Source: a candidate division WOR-3 bacterium
GTDB taxonomy: Bacteria; Hydrothermota; Tepidihabitantia; Tepidihabitantales; Tepidihabitantaceae
NCBI GenBank assembly: GCA_965649295.1
Contig: CBFGKH010000002.1
Span: 1-64,000, forward strand
Direction: 5' to 3'
Length of the DNA stretch: 64,000 nucleotides
The number at the start of each line of letters is the position of its first letter. Positions within the stretch are counted from its first letter, which is position 1. A program made the translations under genes and the position numbers. Positions 8,285 to 21,062 of this stretch are shown piece by piece. Under the pieces are notes generated by a model. It ran no database searches and was not told the origin of the DNA. It worked only from the letters and a program-made list of their open reading frames with translations.

Positions 8285-9556
8285 ATGGTCGTGATTGTTG
8301 GCCGACCCAATACCGGCAAATCTACCCTGTTCAACCGACTGGTCGGCGGCCGTGTGGCGATAACGTTGCAGGAACCGGGCATCACTCGCGACCGGATTAT
8401 CCGCGAGGCAGAATGGCTGGGTCGCCGTTTCCGGGTAGTGGATACCGGAGGATTGATTCCAGACTCAAAAGAGGAGATTGCCCGTGAGGTCGAGCGGCAG
8501 GTGGCGATTGCCCTGAGCGAAGCGCAGGTAATCGTGCTGGTTGTGGACGGCGCGGCCGGACTCTGGCCGATGGATGAGGAGATTGCCAGTCGCCTGCGCA
8601 AGCAGGGCCGCAAGTTCATTGTGGCGGTAAACAAGCTCGACCGGCGGCGCGAGTTTGATGCGGCCCAGTTTCACAAGCTCGGGCCGGACGCGCTCGTCTC
8701 GATTTCTGCCGAGCTCGGCACCGGTGTTGATGAACTGCTGGAGGAGATTGTCGCCAGGCTGCCTGAACAGCCACGGCGCCGGCCAGAGCGGATTCTGTCG
8801 CTACTGATTCTCGGCCGGCCGAATGTTGGCAAGTCCTCTTTTCTCAACCGGCTGCTCGGGGCCGAACGTTCGATTGTCACGCCGATTCCCGGCACGACCC
8901 GCGACGTGGTTGAAGAGACCTTTGAGTACGAGGGTCGGCATCTGCGGTTGCTCGATACCGCCGGCATCAGGCGCAAGCCACGGGTGCGCGAGCCGGTTGA
9001 GTATTACTCAGTGACGCGGGCGATTGACCAGATCGGTCGCTGCGATGTTGCCATCGTGATGTTCGACGCCTTTGATGGGCCGAACAACCAAGACAAGCGG
9101 ATTGTCAATCTGGTGACCGAGCGGGGCAAGGGAATGGTGATTATGGCCAACAAGATGGATACGGTGCCGGCAGCAAAGAAGGAACCGGTGCGCGAATGGG
9201 TGAAGCGGGAGCTGGCCTTTGTTGACTATGCTCCAGTAGTTTTTGGCTCGGTGCTCAAGGGCCAGGGTATTGATAGAGCGTTGCGAACGGCAATCGCCGT
9301 TTGGGATGGTGGCGGAGTTCAGATTCCTAATGCCGAGCTACGCAAGGCGGTGATGCCGCGAATCCAGCGAAACCAGCCGCGTTTTGATTGTCGGGTATTG
9401 GCCCTGAGCCAAACCGGCACCCGGCCACCAACCTTCCGGCTGCGACTTTCCAATCCCAAGGCGATGTCAGCGGCTTACGAGAAGTTTGTGGTTGGCGAGA
9501 TTCGTCGTAAGTTCGGCTTTGCCGGCTATCCGGTGAAGCTCTACGTCACACGCTAA
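8285..9556 (+). CDS. der: Ribosome biogenesis GTPase Der (EngA)
   Basis: Two G domains: GRPNTGKS/DTGG/NKLD and GRPNVGKS/DTAG/NKMD; C-terminal KH-like domain. Confidence 0.97.
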   Translation: MVVIVGRPNTGKSTLFNRLVGGRVAITLQEPGITRDRIIREAEWLGRRFRVVDTGGLIPDSKEEIAREVERQVAIALSEAQVIVLVVDGAAGLWPMDEEIASRLRKQGRKFIVAVNKLDRRREFDAAQFHKLGPDALVSISAELGTGVDELLEEIVARLPEQPRRRPERILSLLILGRPNVGKSSFLNRLLGAERSIVTPIPGTTRDVVEETFEYEGRHLRLLDTAGIRRKPRVREPVEYYSVTRAIDQIGRCDVAIVMFDAFDGPNNQDKRIVNLVTERGKGMVIMANKMDTVPAAKKEPVREWVKRELAFVDYAPVVFGSVLKGQGIDRALRTAIAVWDGGGVQIPNAELRKAVMPRIQRNQPRFDCRVLALSQTGTRPPTFRLRLSNPKAMSAAYEKFVVGEIRRKFGFAGYPVKLYVTR

Positions 9557-9559
9557 CTG

Positions 9560-10678
9560 ATGCCGGGTCGGCGCCGCCTGCTACTGTGGCTAGTGGGCCT
9601 AGTCCTGCTGGTGGTAGGGATTGGGCTGTTGCTCTTGCTGCCGCGTCGGGCCGAGGAACGGATAACCACGCTTGAACCGACACCAACCGGCACGTTGAAC
9701 ATCCTTATTATCGGCAAGGACGCGCGGGCGGTCGGGCCGGTGCTGGCTGAGGGTCGCCGCCGCAACGTCCGTGAGGAACGTTCTCATTCCGACATTATCG
9801 TTGTCGCCCACATCAACTTTCGGCGCGGTCGGCTCAATCTCGTTGCCATACCGCGGGATTTGCTCGTCGAGGTGCCGGGTGTCACCCGTGCTACCGGCAG
9901 AACCGACTTCACCAACATGGAGAAGATTACCCACACCTATGCGATTGGCGGCGAGAAGCTACTGCGTCGGACGGTCGAGAATCTGCTTGGTATCAAGATT
10001 CAACGCTCCATCGCCTTCGACTTCGATTCATTTCGGATGGCTTTTGACCTATTGCGGCCGTATCTTGGTGTGCTGCGCGTTGGCACAACTACGCTGACCG
10101 AGCGCGACCAGGCCTTACAGTTTGCCCGCAAGCGGTATGGGCTGCAGTTTGACGATGCTGACCGCTGCCGCAACGCTGTCAACCTGATTCGGGCGGTTAT
10201 CATCAAGACGTGGTGGCTGGCCAATACCCGGCTTGGTGACATACTGGTAGCAAGGCTACTCCGGATTGTTGGCGAGGACACCGACCTGACTGCCGATGAG
10301 ATTGATGCGATGATGGTGGGCCTGCGCCGGGCCGGATTCCGGCCAGGCCGGATTCGTAACGCGGTACTGGTCGGCAGCGGCGCTGATGTGACGCTCAGCC
10401 GCTACAACCAGACACTCTCCTGCTACCTGCCGGTCTATGCTGAGATCGAAAAGCAGGTGCAGCATTTTCTGTTCGATCGGGACGAAGTGAGGGCGCTTGA
10501 CTTCATGACCCAGCAGCCGTTCCGCGTGCCCGGCTACTTCGAGTACAACTACGTGATTGATACACTAGCGCCAGCTATGGAATCGGTTGTGCCGGTTGAC
10601 TCGCAGGCTGACGCCACGCTCCGGCGCGAGCGGGAACGGGCGAGAGCTGTGGCCCCGCCGCCCGACTCCGGCAAGTAG
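9560..10678 (+). CDS. LCP (LytR-CpsA-Psr) family protein
   Basis: N-terminal TM; LNILIIGKD; SDIIVVA; IPRDLLV; ALQFARKR; DADRCRN. Confidence 0.85.
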   Translation: MPGRRRLLLWLVGLVLLVVGIGLLLLLPRRAEERITTLEPTPTGTLNILIIGKDARAVGPVLAEGRRRNVREERSHSDIIVVAHINFRRGRLNLVAIPRDLLVEVPGVTRATGRTDFTNMEKITHTYAIGGEKLLRRTVENLLGIKIQRSIAFDFDSFRMAFDLLRPYLGVLRVGTTTLTERDQALQFARKRYGLQFDDADRCRNAVNLIRAVIIKTWWLANTRLGDILVARLLRIVGEDTDLTADEIDAMMVGLRRAGFRPGRIRNAVLVGSGADVTLSRYNQTLSCYLPVYAEIEKQVQHFLFDRDEVRALDFMTQQPFRVPGYFEYNYVIDTLAPAMESVVPVDSQADATLRRERERARAVAPPPDSGK

Positions 10679-10688
10679 CCGGTCGCTC

Positions 10689-10786
10689 AACCACTAAGAA
10701 GACAAAGACAACAAGGGAAGCAGGTGTCGTGTTGTCCGACGTGCGTCTCTTGGTGTTCGCTTAGTGCCTTAGTGACCTTGGTGGTT
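10689..10786. repeat. Short inverted repeat element with CTT(A/G)GTG subunits between convergent genes
   Basis: AACCACTAAG (10689-10698) pairs with CTTGGTGGTT (10777-10786); CTTAGTG/CTTGGTG recurs four times in 10749-10783. Confidence 0.55.
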
Positions 10787-13367
10787 AGTCTGCCGGCGTG
10801 AGCTTAGCCAGCTCAGCCCGGAACGCGGCCTGGCCATCGGCCAGCTTGTTGCGTTGGCCGCCACCTTCGGCAATCTCGGGCCGACCGCCGCCACCGCCAG
10901 CCATTGCGGTACCGACGACCTTGGCCAGTTTGCCGGCAGGCAGGGTTTGCTGTAGTTCGGGGCTGACAAAGACGACATAGCGGAGGCGCTCGCCGTCACC
11001 GGCGCCGGTCAAAAGGCCAGCATAGGGATGGGGCAGCAGCTCGCGCAGCCGGTCGGCAATCAGCCGCAGTTCGTCGCCCTCAAACTGGGGAAGATGAGCT
11101 ACGATGCTACTGACCGCGGCAATCTTTTGGGCCTGGCCAGCTAGTTCGGTGGCGGTGCTGTTGGCAAGCTGGGTCGAAAGCGCCCGCACCCTTGCCTCCA
11201 GTCGCTTGATTTGATCGGTCAGGCCGGCAACCTTCTTGGTCAGGGTGTCGGTGGTGCCGCCGAGCTGTTCGACCAGTGCCGTGACCGTGGCCCGTTCAGC
11301 CTTGGCGCTGGCAAATGCAGCCTTGCCGACGAGCGCCTCGATGCGCCGAATTCCAGCGGCAACCCCGGTCTCGGACACGATCCGGAACATTCCGACCTGA
11401 CCGGTTGAGCGCAGGTGGGTGCCGCCGCATAGTTCCTGCGAGAAGTCGCCTATCTTGACTACTGTTACCCGCTCGCCATAGGTCTCGCCAAAGAATGCTA
11501 GCGCACCGCCGGCCTTGGCCTCTTCCAGGCTCTTCTCGGTTCGCTCTAGCGGTATGTCGGCGATAATCTGGTCATAGACGAGTCCCTCAATAGCAGCCAG
11601 TTGGTCGGGCAGCATCGGTTCAAACTGAGTGAAGTCGAAACGTAGCCGACCTGGTTCGACGAGTGACCCTTCCTGCTTGACATAATCACCCAGTATCCGG
11701 CGTAGCGCCGCGTGGAGCAGGTGGGTGGCGGTATGGGCCCGCTCAATCTCGCGCCGCCGTTCCTTGTCAACGACGGCGAGTACCGCACCAGTCTTCAGCT
11801 CGCCGCGAACCAGTCGGGAACGGCAGACCCGCACGCCGTGCTGCTGCACGGTGTCGAGGACTTCGAGTTCGAAGTCCTCGCCAATGATGCGGCCGGTATC
11901 GCCGACCTGACCGCCCATCTCGGCATAGAACGGACTCTCGCTCAGGACAACCTCATACTCGCCGTTCGGCAGCGCGGCAAAGGAGACGATTGTCGTCCGG
12001 AATTCATCGTGTTCGTAGCCGACAAATCTTGACTCAAGTGTGCCGGCGCTGGCATCAAAAATGCCGTGTCCAGCGTCAACTGTCCGGCGACTGCGCTCGC
12101 GCTGTTCCTGCATCGCCTGCTCAAAACCAGCTCGGTCGAGCCCGACACCCGAGCCTTCGGCGAGCTCCTGGACAAGCTCGATATGAAAACCGAAAGTATC
12201 ATGCAGCTTGAATAGCTCAATCCCCGGAATGAGTCCGTCGCGGCGGTATTTCGCCAGGACCTCGCGCCAACGTTCCAAGCCGGCATCAAGCGTCCGCAGG
12301 AATCGTTCTTCCTCGGACTTGATGATAAGCGCGGCCTGCTCGCGCTTGACCACTAGCTCGGGATACCACTGCCGCATCAGCTCAACGACCTCACCTGACA
12401 CCCGGTAGAGGAATGGCTCGCGCACGCCCTGTCGGCTGGCGAAGAGTAATGCCCGGCGCAGGATGCTCCGCAGCACATAGCCCCGCGCCTCGTTGGAGGG
12501 GATTGCGCCGTCAGCGATGGCAAAGGTCAGGGCCCGAGCATGGTCGGCGGCAACGTGCAGAAGCTGGCGATTATCATCGCTGATAGTCAGGCCGAGCAGC
12601 TTGGCCGTGGCCCGGACAATCGGCGCAAAGAGGTCGGTGTCGAAGATGGTTCGTTTCTGCTGCGCCACCATTGCCAGTCGCTCCATGCCCATGCCGGTGT
12701 CAATGCCCCGGTTCTTGAGCGGCTCGCGCGTACCATCCGGCAACTGGTTATACTGCGGGAAGACGATGTTATAGATCTCGCTGTAACGGTTGCAGTCGCA
12801 GCCGGGTTTGCAGTCGGGGCGGCCGCAGCCGAGTTCCGGGCCGAGGTCGTAGTAGATTTCGGAACAGGGGCCGCAGGCACCACCACCGCCAACCGGTCCC
12901 CAGAAATTGTCTTTCGCTCCCAGGCGAACGATCCGTTCGGCCGGCAGGCCGACACGGGTGTGCCAGATGTTGTAGGCCTCGTTGTCTTCTTCGAAGACCG
13001 AGACCCAAAGCTGATTGGTGTCAAGTTTGACAACCTGGGTCAGGTATTCCCAGGCCCAGGGAATCGCTTCATACTTGAAGTAGTCGCCAAACGAGAAGTT
13101 GCCGAGCATCTCGAAGAAGGTGCAGTGGCGCGGGGTCTTGCCGACCTGGTCGAGGTCAGAAGCACGCAGGCACTTCTGAATCGAGGTTGCCCGGCGATAG
13201 GGTAGTTCGACGGTACCGGCAAAGAAGGGTTTGAACTGCACCATGCCGGCGCTGGTAAAGAGCATTGTCGGGTCGTCGCGGGGAATGAGCGATGAGCTGG
13301 GAACAATCTTGTGGTCGCGCGCAGCATAGAACTCAAGAAAGGTCCGGCGTAGTTCGCGGTGGTTCAT
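10785..13367 (-). CDS. alaS: Alanine--tRNA ligase
   Basis: FTSAGMVQFK, TFFEMLGNFSFGDYFK, IDTGMGMER, HTATHLLH editing domain, ELCGGTH, GGGGGRP. Confidence 0.98.
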   Translation of the reverse strand: MNHRELRRTFLEFYAARDHKIVPSSSLIPRDDPTMLFTSAGMVQFKPFFAGTVELPYRRATSIQKCLRASDLDQVGKTPRHCTFFEMLGNFSFGDYFKYEAIPWAWEYLTQVVKLDTNQLWVSVFEEDNEAYNIWHTRVGLPAERIVRLGAKDNFWGPVGGGGACGPCSEIYYDLGPELGCGRPDCKPGCDCNRYSEIYNIVFPQYNQLPDGTREPLKNRGIDTGMGMERLAMVAQQKRTIFDTDLFAPIVRATAKLLGLTISDDNRQLLHVAADHARALTFAIADGAIPSNEARGYVLRSILRRALLFASRQGVREPFLYRVSGEVVELMRQWYPELVVKREQAALIIKSEEERFLRTLDAGLERWREVLAKYRRDGLIPGIELFKLHDTFGFHIELVQELAEGSGVGLDRAGFEQAMQEQRERSRRTVDAGHGIFDASAGTLESRFVGYEHDEFRTTIVSFAALPNGEYEVVLSESPFYAEMGGQVGDTGRIIGEDFELEVLDTVQQHGVRVCRSRLVRGELKTGAVLAVVDKERRREIERAHTATHLLHAALRRILGDYVKQEGSLVEPGRLRFDFTQFEPMLPDQLAAIEGLVYDQIIADIPLERTEKSLEEAKAGGALAFFGETYGERVTVVKIGDFSQELCGGTHLRSTGQVGMFRIVSETGVAAGIRRIEALVGKAAFASAKAERATVTALVEQLGGTTDTLTKKVAGLTDQIKRLEARVRALSTQLANSTATELAGQAQKIAAVSSIVAHLPQFEGDELRLIADRLRELLPHPYAGLLTGAGDGERLRYVVFVSPELQQTLPAGKLAKVVGTAMAGGGGGRPEIAEGGGQRNKLADGQAAFRAELAKLTPAD

Positions 13368-13451
13368 AGTGGCGCTATTGTAGCGCAGGACAGCGATTCG
13401 GCAAGCACGGGGCTGGGGTCAGGAGACGCGCAGCAGGACTGCGGCAGTGAC

Positions 13452-13477
13452 GATCCTTCGCTAACGCTCAGGATGAC
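13452..13477 (+). repeat. REP-like short palindrome, copy 1
   Basis: GATCCTTCGCTAACGCTCAGGATGAC, similar to copies at 20657 and 35644. Confidence 0.5.
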
Positions 13478-13498
13478 CCGCAGCAGAGCTGCGGGTCA
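13474..13498 (-). terminator. Hairpin at the pckA stop codon
   Basis: TGACCCGCAGC-AGA-GCTGCGGGTCA perfect 11-bp stem; no clear U tract. Confidence 0.45.
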
Positions 13499-15151
13499 CT
13501 TGCCGGGGCACTGGCGGACGATACTAGCAGCGATTCCTTTGTTGCCGTAGGCCTTGTCGAACTGCGCCGAGAACTCGGCGGCCAGCCGTCGTGCCCGTTC
13601 GTCGTAGGCTGATTTGTCCGGCCAGGTGTTACGGGGGTTGAGCACGGTCGGGTCCGCTACGCCCGGGCAGGAGCGTGGAATCAGCAAGTGGAAGAGCGGG
13701 TCCTCACTGTATTCGACCTGGTTCAGGGCGCCGGAGAGCGCGGCGTTGACAATTTCGCGGGTGAGGCTGATGTCCATTCGCCGGCCAGCGCCGTAGGGGC
13801 CGCCGCTCCAGCCGGTGTTGACCAAGAAGACCTGGGTGCCGTGCCTGTCCAGTTTCTCACCGAGCATGCCGGCGTAGATATCAGGATTGAGCGGCATAAA
13901 CGGTGCGCCAAAGAATCGGGAGAAGGTGCTCTTGGGGTCAACGATGCCGGTTTCGGTGCCGGCGAGCTTGGAGGTGTAGCCGAGAAGAAACCACACCATT
14001 GCCTGGTCGCGGTTAAGTCTTGCCACTGGCGGCAGGACGCCATTGGCGTCAGCGGTTAGAAAGATGATTGTCTGCGGGTGGCCGGCAACCGGCGGGTTCT
14101 TGATGTTGGGCAAAAATGAGAGCGGATAAGAGCCGCGGGAGTTTGGGGTAAGCCGCTCGTCGTCGAGGTCGAACCGGCCGTCAGGGTAGACCATGGCGTT
14201 TTCGACGATTGCGCCGTGGTCGAGGTAGGGTGCATCGTGAAAGCAGGCCCAGTAGATGTCCGGTTCTTTCTCGGGGCGGAGATTGATGAGCTTGGCATAG
14301 CAGCCGTTTTCGAGATTGGCAATACCGGTGTCACTCCAAGCGTGTTCATCGTCGCCAAGCAAGGCCCGGCGAGGGTCAGCCGACAGGGTAGTCTTGCCGG
14401 TGCCGGACAGTCCGAGCAGCAGGGCGACATGGCCGTCGCTGCCTTCGTTGGCCGAGCAATGGAGCGGCAGGATGCCGGCCAGGGGCAGCAGATAGTTCAT
14501 AACCGTGAACATGTGCTTCTTGACACTGCCGCAGTAGGCCGAACCAAAGACAACGCCGAGGCGCTGGTCAAAGTCCATGGCAATGGCCATGTTCGAGGTC
14601 TTGCCGGTTTTGGGAACGATTCGCAACCGGCCAACATAGCGGGCAGAGTCTAGCTTGTCATAGGGCAGCACAAGCAGGGTGTAGGGCCGACTGGCAAAGA
14701 TGGAACGGCCTATATCGGTCGGCACCGGTCGAAACATGTTGTCACCAAACAGGGCGGTGAGTGCCCGGTCAGTGACTAGCCGCACGGGCAGCGCATAACC
14801 GGCATCAGCGCCGAGAACGCGGTCAACAACATAGAGCCGTTCCTTTTTGGCCAGGGTCGCCAGCGCATCTGCGAACAGCATGGCAAAGGTATCGGGCGCA
14901 ATCGGCAGGTTGTTGGGCGCATCCCAGTCAATGTTCTGCTCGGACTCGGGCCGGCGGACGATGACGGTGTCCTGGGGCGAGCGGCCGGTTGACTCGGGCG
15001 GTGTCCAGGTGGCAAGACAGCCGCAGCGGGCGACCATTGCCTCGCGCCGCTCGACCGTGTCGGCAATCATTTGGCGACGGTCGGGGTTGAGCCGGACATC
15101 GCGGTGCCGCTGGAGTAGCTCGGCTAGCGCGGCGGCAGGAGCAGGTTGCAT
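13496..15151 (-). CDS. pckA: Phosphoenolpyruvate carboxykinase (ATP)
   Basis: TGRSPQD, LHCSAN, GLSGTGKTTLS, GDDEH, GCYAK, IFLTADANGVLPPV, LVNTGW. Confidence 0.96.
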   Translation of the reverse strand: MQPAPAAALAELLQRHRDVRLNPDRRQMIADTVERREAMVARCGCLATWTPPESTGRSPQDTVIVRRPESEQNIDWDAPNNLPIAPDTFAMLFADALATLAKKERLYVVDRVLGADAGYALPVRLVTDRALTALFGDNMFRPVPTDIGRSIFASRPYTLLVLPYDKLDSARYVGRLRIVPKTGKTSNMAIAMDFDQRLGVVFGSAYCGSVKKHMFTVMNYLLPLAGILPLHCSANEGSDGHVALLLGLSGTGKTTLSADPRRALLGDDEHAWSDTGIANLENGCYAKLINLRPEKEPDIYWACFHDAPYLDHGAIVENAMVYPDGRFDLDDERLTPNSRGSYPLSFLPNIKNPPVAGHPQTIIFLTADANGVLPPVARLNRDQAMVWFLLGYTSKLAGTETGIVDPKSTFSRFFGAPFMPLNPDIYAGMLGEKLDRHGTQVFLVNTGWSGGPYGAGRRMDISLTREIVNAALSGALNQVEYSEDPLFHLLIPRSCPGVADPTVLNPRNTWPDKSAYDERARRLAAEFSAQFDKAYGNKGIAASIVRQCPGK

Positions 15152-15154
15152 CGG

Positions 15155-17872
<2,718 letters not shown>

Positions 17873-17970
17873 AAAGTCCTCCGCTGTTCAGCAAAGTAGT
17901 AGTGCCGATAAACAAAACCCGGTGCGCCACAGCAAAGCCGCGCACCGAGGACAAATAGTCAGCCGCCAGA

Positions 17971-18219
17971 CTAGGTTTCGGGGTTGTCCGGCTCGGCCTC
18001 CGCGGCGAGAAAGCCATCTACGAGTTCTTTGGCTCTGGCCAGGTCCTCCTCTTCGACCAGTATCTCGCCCCAGACCGGTCGCATCACGCGGGCAAGACCG
18101 TCGTAGGCCGGAATCTGGAACGAGCGAATCAGGGCCGGGATGCCGTTTTGCTCAAGCAGGTCCCGTACACTGTTCGCCATGAACTCGTCGGCGGGCTTGT
18201 ACACCGGTTTCAGCGCCAC
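17971..18219 (-). CDS. DUF2007-like (PII-like fold) small protein
   Basis: A..VRDLLEQNGIPA...EILVEEEDLARAKELV; TTGACT-16-TATAAT promoter upstream. Confidence 0.75.
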   Translation of the reverse strand: MALKPVYKPADEFMANSVRDLLEQNGIPALIRSFQIPAYDGLARVMRPVWGEILVEEEDLARAKELVDGFLAAEAEPDNPET

Positions 18220-18274
18220 GGAATTAGAATTATAGGCTTCGGGCCGCCAAAGTCAATTGGGGCAAAAACTTGCG

Positions 18275-19420
18275 CTAGCGCCGGCTTACCCGCAGGTCAA
18301 TGCCCCGCGCCCGGAGTTCGTTGATAAATACCGAACCCGGGATGCCGGTTTCGCCAGTGAATGCACCGCGCAGTGCAATCCCGCCGCGGGCAAGCATCAG
18401 GGCGACCACGGCCGCGGCAAAGCCGGTGGTGCGCATCATCGCGGTCAGTCCGGTGCGCGCGTCGGCATAGTCAATAAGCTGGTAGCGAATCCGGCAGGGA
18501 CGGCGGCGGCGCGTGCCGATGACGTCAACGCGCAAGAGCACTACGTCGTCAGTCTCGCGCGGCAGCACCGCTTCGAGCCGGTTGATTAGGAGCTGACGCG
18601 GAACGACTGACTGGCCGTTCACTTTCACCGGTGTCAGCCCAAACAGACCAAGGTCGCGGAGCAACTGCAACTGGCGGCAGTGGCCGGGATAGCGGATGGT
18701 CTTGTAGTCAAGGGTCTGCACCCGACCGGCAAAAGTGAGGGGCAGCCGTGAGGAGCCGCCTGAAGTGTTGAACGCCTCAAGGCGGCCGAACGGCGCTGGA
18801 AACGACAGTTCCTCGAGGTCGGCGAGAGGCGGAACCGTGTCAACCTTGCCATCGCGCAGCACAAGACACGGCTCGGCATACTCGTTGATGAGACCGTTGG
18901 CCGAAAAGACGAGGCCATAGCCGAGCGGCGGTCGGGGCCGGCGCGGTAGGCCGCCGACCCGGATGTGGATGGCAGTAGTCTTGTCTAACCCCGCGTAGCC
19001 GTCAGCAGCCAGGGTGCTGACCATTCCCGGAGCAAGGCCACAGTCGGGCACGATCGCTACCCCGGCCTTTCTCGCCCGGGCGTCAAGTCCAATCTGGCGG
19101 TCAACGACCTTGTTGTTGCCGCCTAGGTCGCAAAAATGGGTCTTGGCTGCAATCGCTGCCCGGGTCAGGTCGAGATTGTAAAAATAGGGGACGCAGCTCA
19201 CTGCTACTTGGCATGATGCCATGAGCTGTTCCATGGCGGCAATGTCAGCCGCATCGGCCTGATGGATGACGAGCTTCGGGCTGGTCAGCCAGCGCCGCAA
19301 CCCGGACAAACGCTTTGGGTCCTTATCGGTGACGTGCACCTCAGTAACATCCGGCTGGCGCACAAAGTCGTAGCAGACTGCTCGCGCCATCATTCCGGCA
19401 CCGATAACCAGTAGCTTCAT
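18275..19420 (-). CDS. Saccharopine dehydrogenase / lysine 6-dehydrogenase family
   Basis: GAGMM Rossmann, DLGGN, DCGLAPG, GLINEY, YKTIRYPGH, TAMMRTTG. Confidence 0.9.
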   Translation of the reverse strand: MKLLVIGAGMMARAVCYDFVRQPDVTEVHVTDKDPKRLSGLRRWLTSPKLVIHQADAADIAAMEQLMASCQVAVSCVPYFYNLDLTRAAIAAKTHFCDLGGNNKVVDRQIGLDARARKAGVAIVPDCGLAPGMVSTLAADGYAGLDKTTAIHIRVGGLPRRPRPPLGYGLVFSANGLINEYAEPCLVLRDGKVDTVPPLADLEELSFPAPFGRLEAFNTSGGSSRLPLTFAGRVQTLDYKTIRYPGHCRQLQLLRDLGLFGLTPVKVNGQSVVPRQLLINRLEAVLPRETDDVVLLRVDVIGTRRRRPCRIRYQLIDYADARTGLTAMMRTTGFAAAVVALMLARGGIALRGAFTGETGIPGSVFINELRARGIDLRVSRR

Positions 19421-19869
19421 CTCTCGTCCTCTCCGTTTGTGAACAGTCCTGGCAGCAGCGACCGGACCCCTTCGCGCAGCGGCCAGTGGCGGGCGTCGGC
19501 AAAGCGGCCGGTGCGCTGGCCAAGGAGCGTCTGGAACTGATACTCGCCTTCAAGCCGGAGCACAACCGTGTCGCTGTCACCTAGACCGGTAATGGCGTGA
19601 CCGACGACGCGGCCAAGGTTGACCGCCAAGGGGAACTCGGCCTCAACCGGCCTACCCGGCAATAGCGTCAGCTTATTGGCGCGGTAACCGCTGGCCAGCG
19701 TCTCGGTACCGATTGTGACCGCGTAGCTGGCCTGTAGCAGCGTCAATGCCCGGCGCTCCTGGTTAGTCAGGCGCAGGTGCACCCGCAGGCTGTCAGCAGC
19801 ATAGCCGACGCCGGCAAGTTCGACTGTCGGCAGCCGCAACTGCCGCTGACAGCCTGCAAGCAGTAACAC
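19417..19869 (-). CDS. LEA type 2 (WHy) family lipoprotein
   Basis: LAGC lipobox; LRLTN..ALTL..Y.V.IG pattern; start uncertain. Confidence 0.65.
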   Translation of the reverse strand: MLLLAGCQRQLRLPTVELAGVGYAADSLRVHLRLTNQERRALTLLQASYAVTIGTETLASGYRANKLTLLPGRPVEAEFPLAVNLGRVVGHAITGLGDSDTVVLRLEGEYQFQTLLGQRTGRFADARHWPLREGVRSLLPGLFTNGEDER

Positions 19870-19898
19870 CAGTAGGGCAAACCTGACGATTGCTCGGC

Positions 19899-20558
19899 CT
19901 AGCTCTGTTTGCGGGCGGTCCAGGAACCGCTGCCGCGCTTGGAGTAGATTTTCAGCTTGAACTTGCCGCCGCCGGTCAGGGTGATAATGTCACCGTTGTC
20001 AAGGTCGTAATCGCCGAGCTGCTTGCCGCTCGAACCATAGACCTTCACCCAGAAGTCAGCACCTGAAGGCCAGGTAAAGATAATGCTCTCCTTGTTACTG
20101 GTCGCGTAGTACTCAAACGAACTCGACTCGCCTTCAGGCAACGAACCGCTCGCGATAAGCTCGCCAGACTCACAACTGCCACCGGCAAAGACCACCCTTT
20201 CGTCAGCCGCGCTGGGGCCGTCACCGCGCCAGGCTTCCCACTGGCCATTGCCGGCAATCTCATAGACCACAAACCGCACCTTCTTGCCGGCAGCGTTCAC
20301 CAATGTAATGCTCTGATGGTCCGATAGGTCGGTATCTTCGAGCTCGTTGTCATTCTCGTCGAAGGTCTTGCACCAGAAATACTCACCCTCGGGGATCCGG
20401 AACCACCAGCTTTCGTTATTGCTCTTGGGACGGACGATGAAGTAGCAGGAGTCGTGATTCCACTGCCAGAGGTAGCCGCTGAACCGCGGGCTATCATCGG
20501 CTGCTGCAACTGCGATGATTGGTGCCAGAAGCACCATTGCCACCACCAGTCTTTTCAT
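19899..20558 (-). CDS. Secreted protein with two tandem beta-sandwich repeats
   Basis: Start moved to ATG 20558 (AGGAG RBS, MKRLVVAMVLL signal peptide; TTGACA-16-TAGAAT upstream); internal duplication. Confidence 0.7.
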   Translation of the reverse strand: MKRLVVAMVLLAPIIAVAAADDSPRFSGYLWQWNHDSCYFIVRPKSNNESWWFRIPEGEYFWCKTFDENDNELEDTDLSDHQSITLVNAAGKKVRFVVYEIAGNGQWEAWRGDGPSAADERVVFAGGSCESGELIASGSLPEGESSSFEYYATSNKESIIFTWPSGADFWVKVYGSSGKQLGDYDLDNGDIITLTGGGKFKLKIYSKRGSGSWTARKQS

Positions 20559-20656
20559 TGGTTCTCTCCTTTCCAACATAGTAACAGTGGTGTATGTATC
20601 TATTCTAGCGGAACTTGGCCTTCTGTCAACGCTGTGTGCCCGTGCCCTGCTGACCT

Positions 20657-20686
20657 GCGGCGATTCCTCGCCTCGCTTGGAATGAC
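20657..20686 (+). repeat. REP-like short palindrome, copy 2
   Basis: GCGGCGATTCCTCGCCTCGCTTGGAATGAC; 25/30 identical to the reverse complement of 35644-35673. Confidence 0.65.
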
Positions 20687-20794
20687 GGGCGGCGGTTGCT
20701 TCGGCCAAGACCAGCGGCTACGGACTAACCTACCGGACAACAACGGGTTGTTGCATTGCACCCCTTTTGGGGTGCAGGGTAAGTTTGCCGGTTT

Positions 20795-21062
20795 TCTTCT
20801 AACCGCTGATTCTGGAAGCTGATAGCTCGATAGTTCTCTTCACCCCTCCCTTGTCCCGGGGATTGCTTGCAGAGTGGTTCTGGAAGCTGATTCCGACTGG
20901 GCCAAGCAGACCATCTCTCGACTGGTTACTATTCCGGCCTTGGGAGTTCTTTCTGTTGCTGCTTCGGTCTGGGTTTGAGCCTGAGTTGCGAGCAGAGCCT
21001 GGGGAGGTGACTCGTAGTGGCTGCCGACGATTCTAGGGGACTGGAACTGGCAGCCGCTCCCC
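20795..21062 (-). repeat. Degenerate non-coding repeat A (homologous to 34532-34921)
   Basis: Colinear shared blocks listed in findings; internal 14-bp direct repeat TTCTGGAAGCTGAT at 20810 and 20878. Confidence 0.5.
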
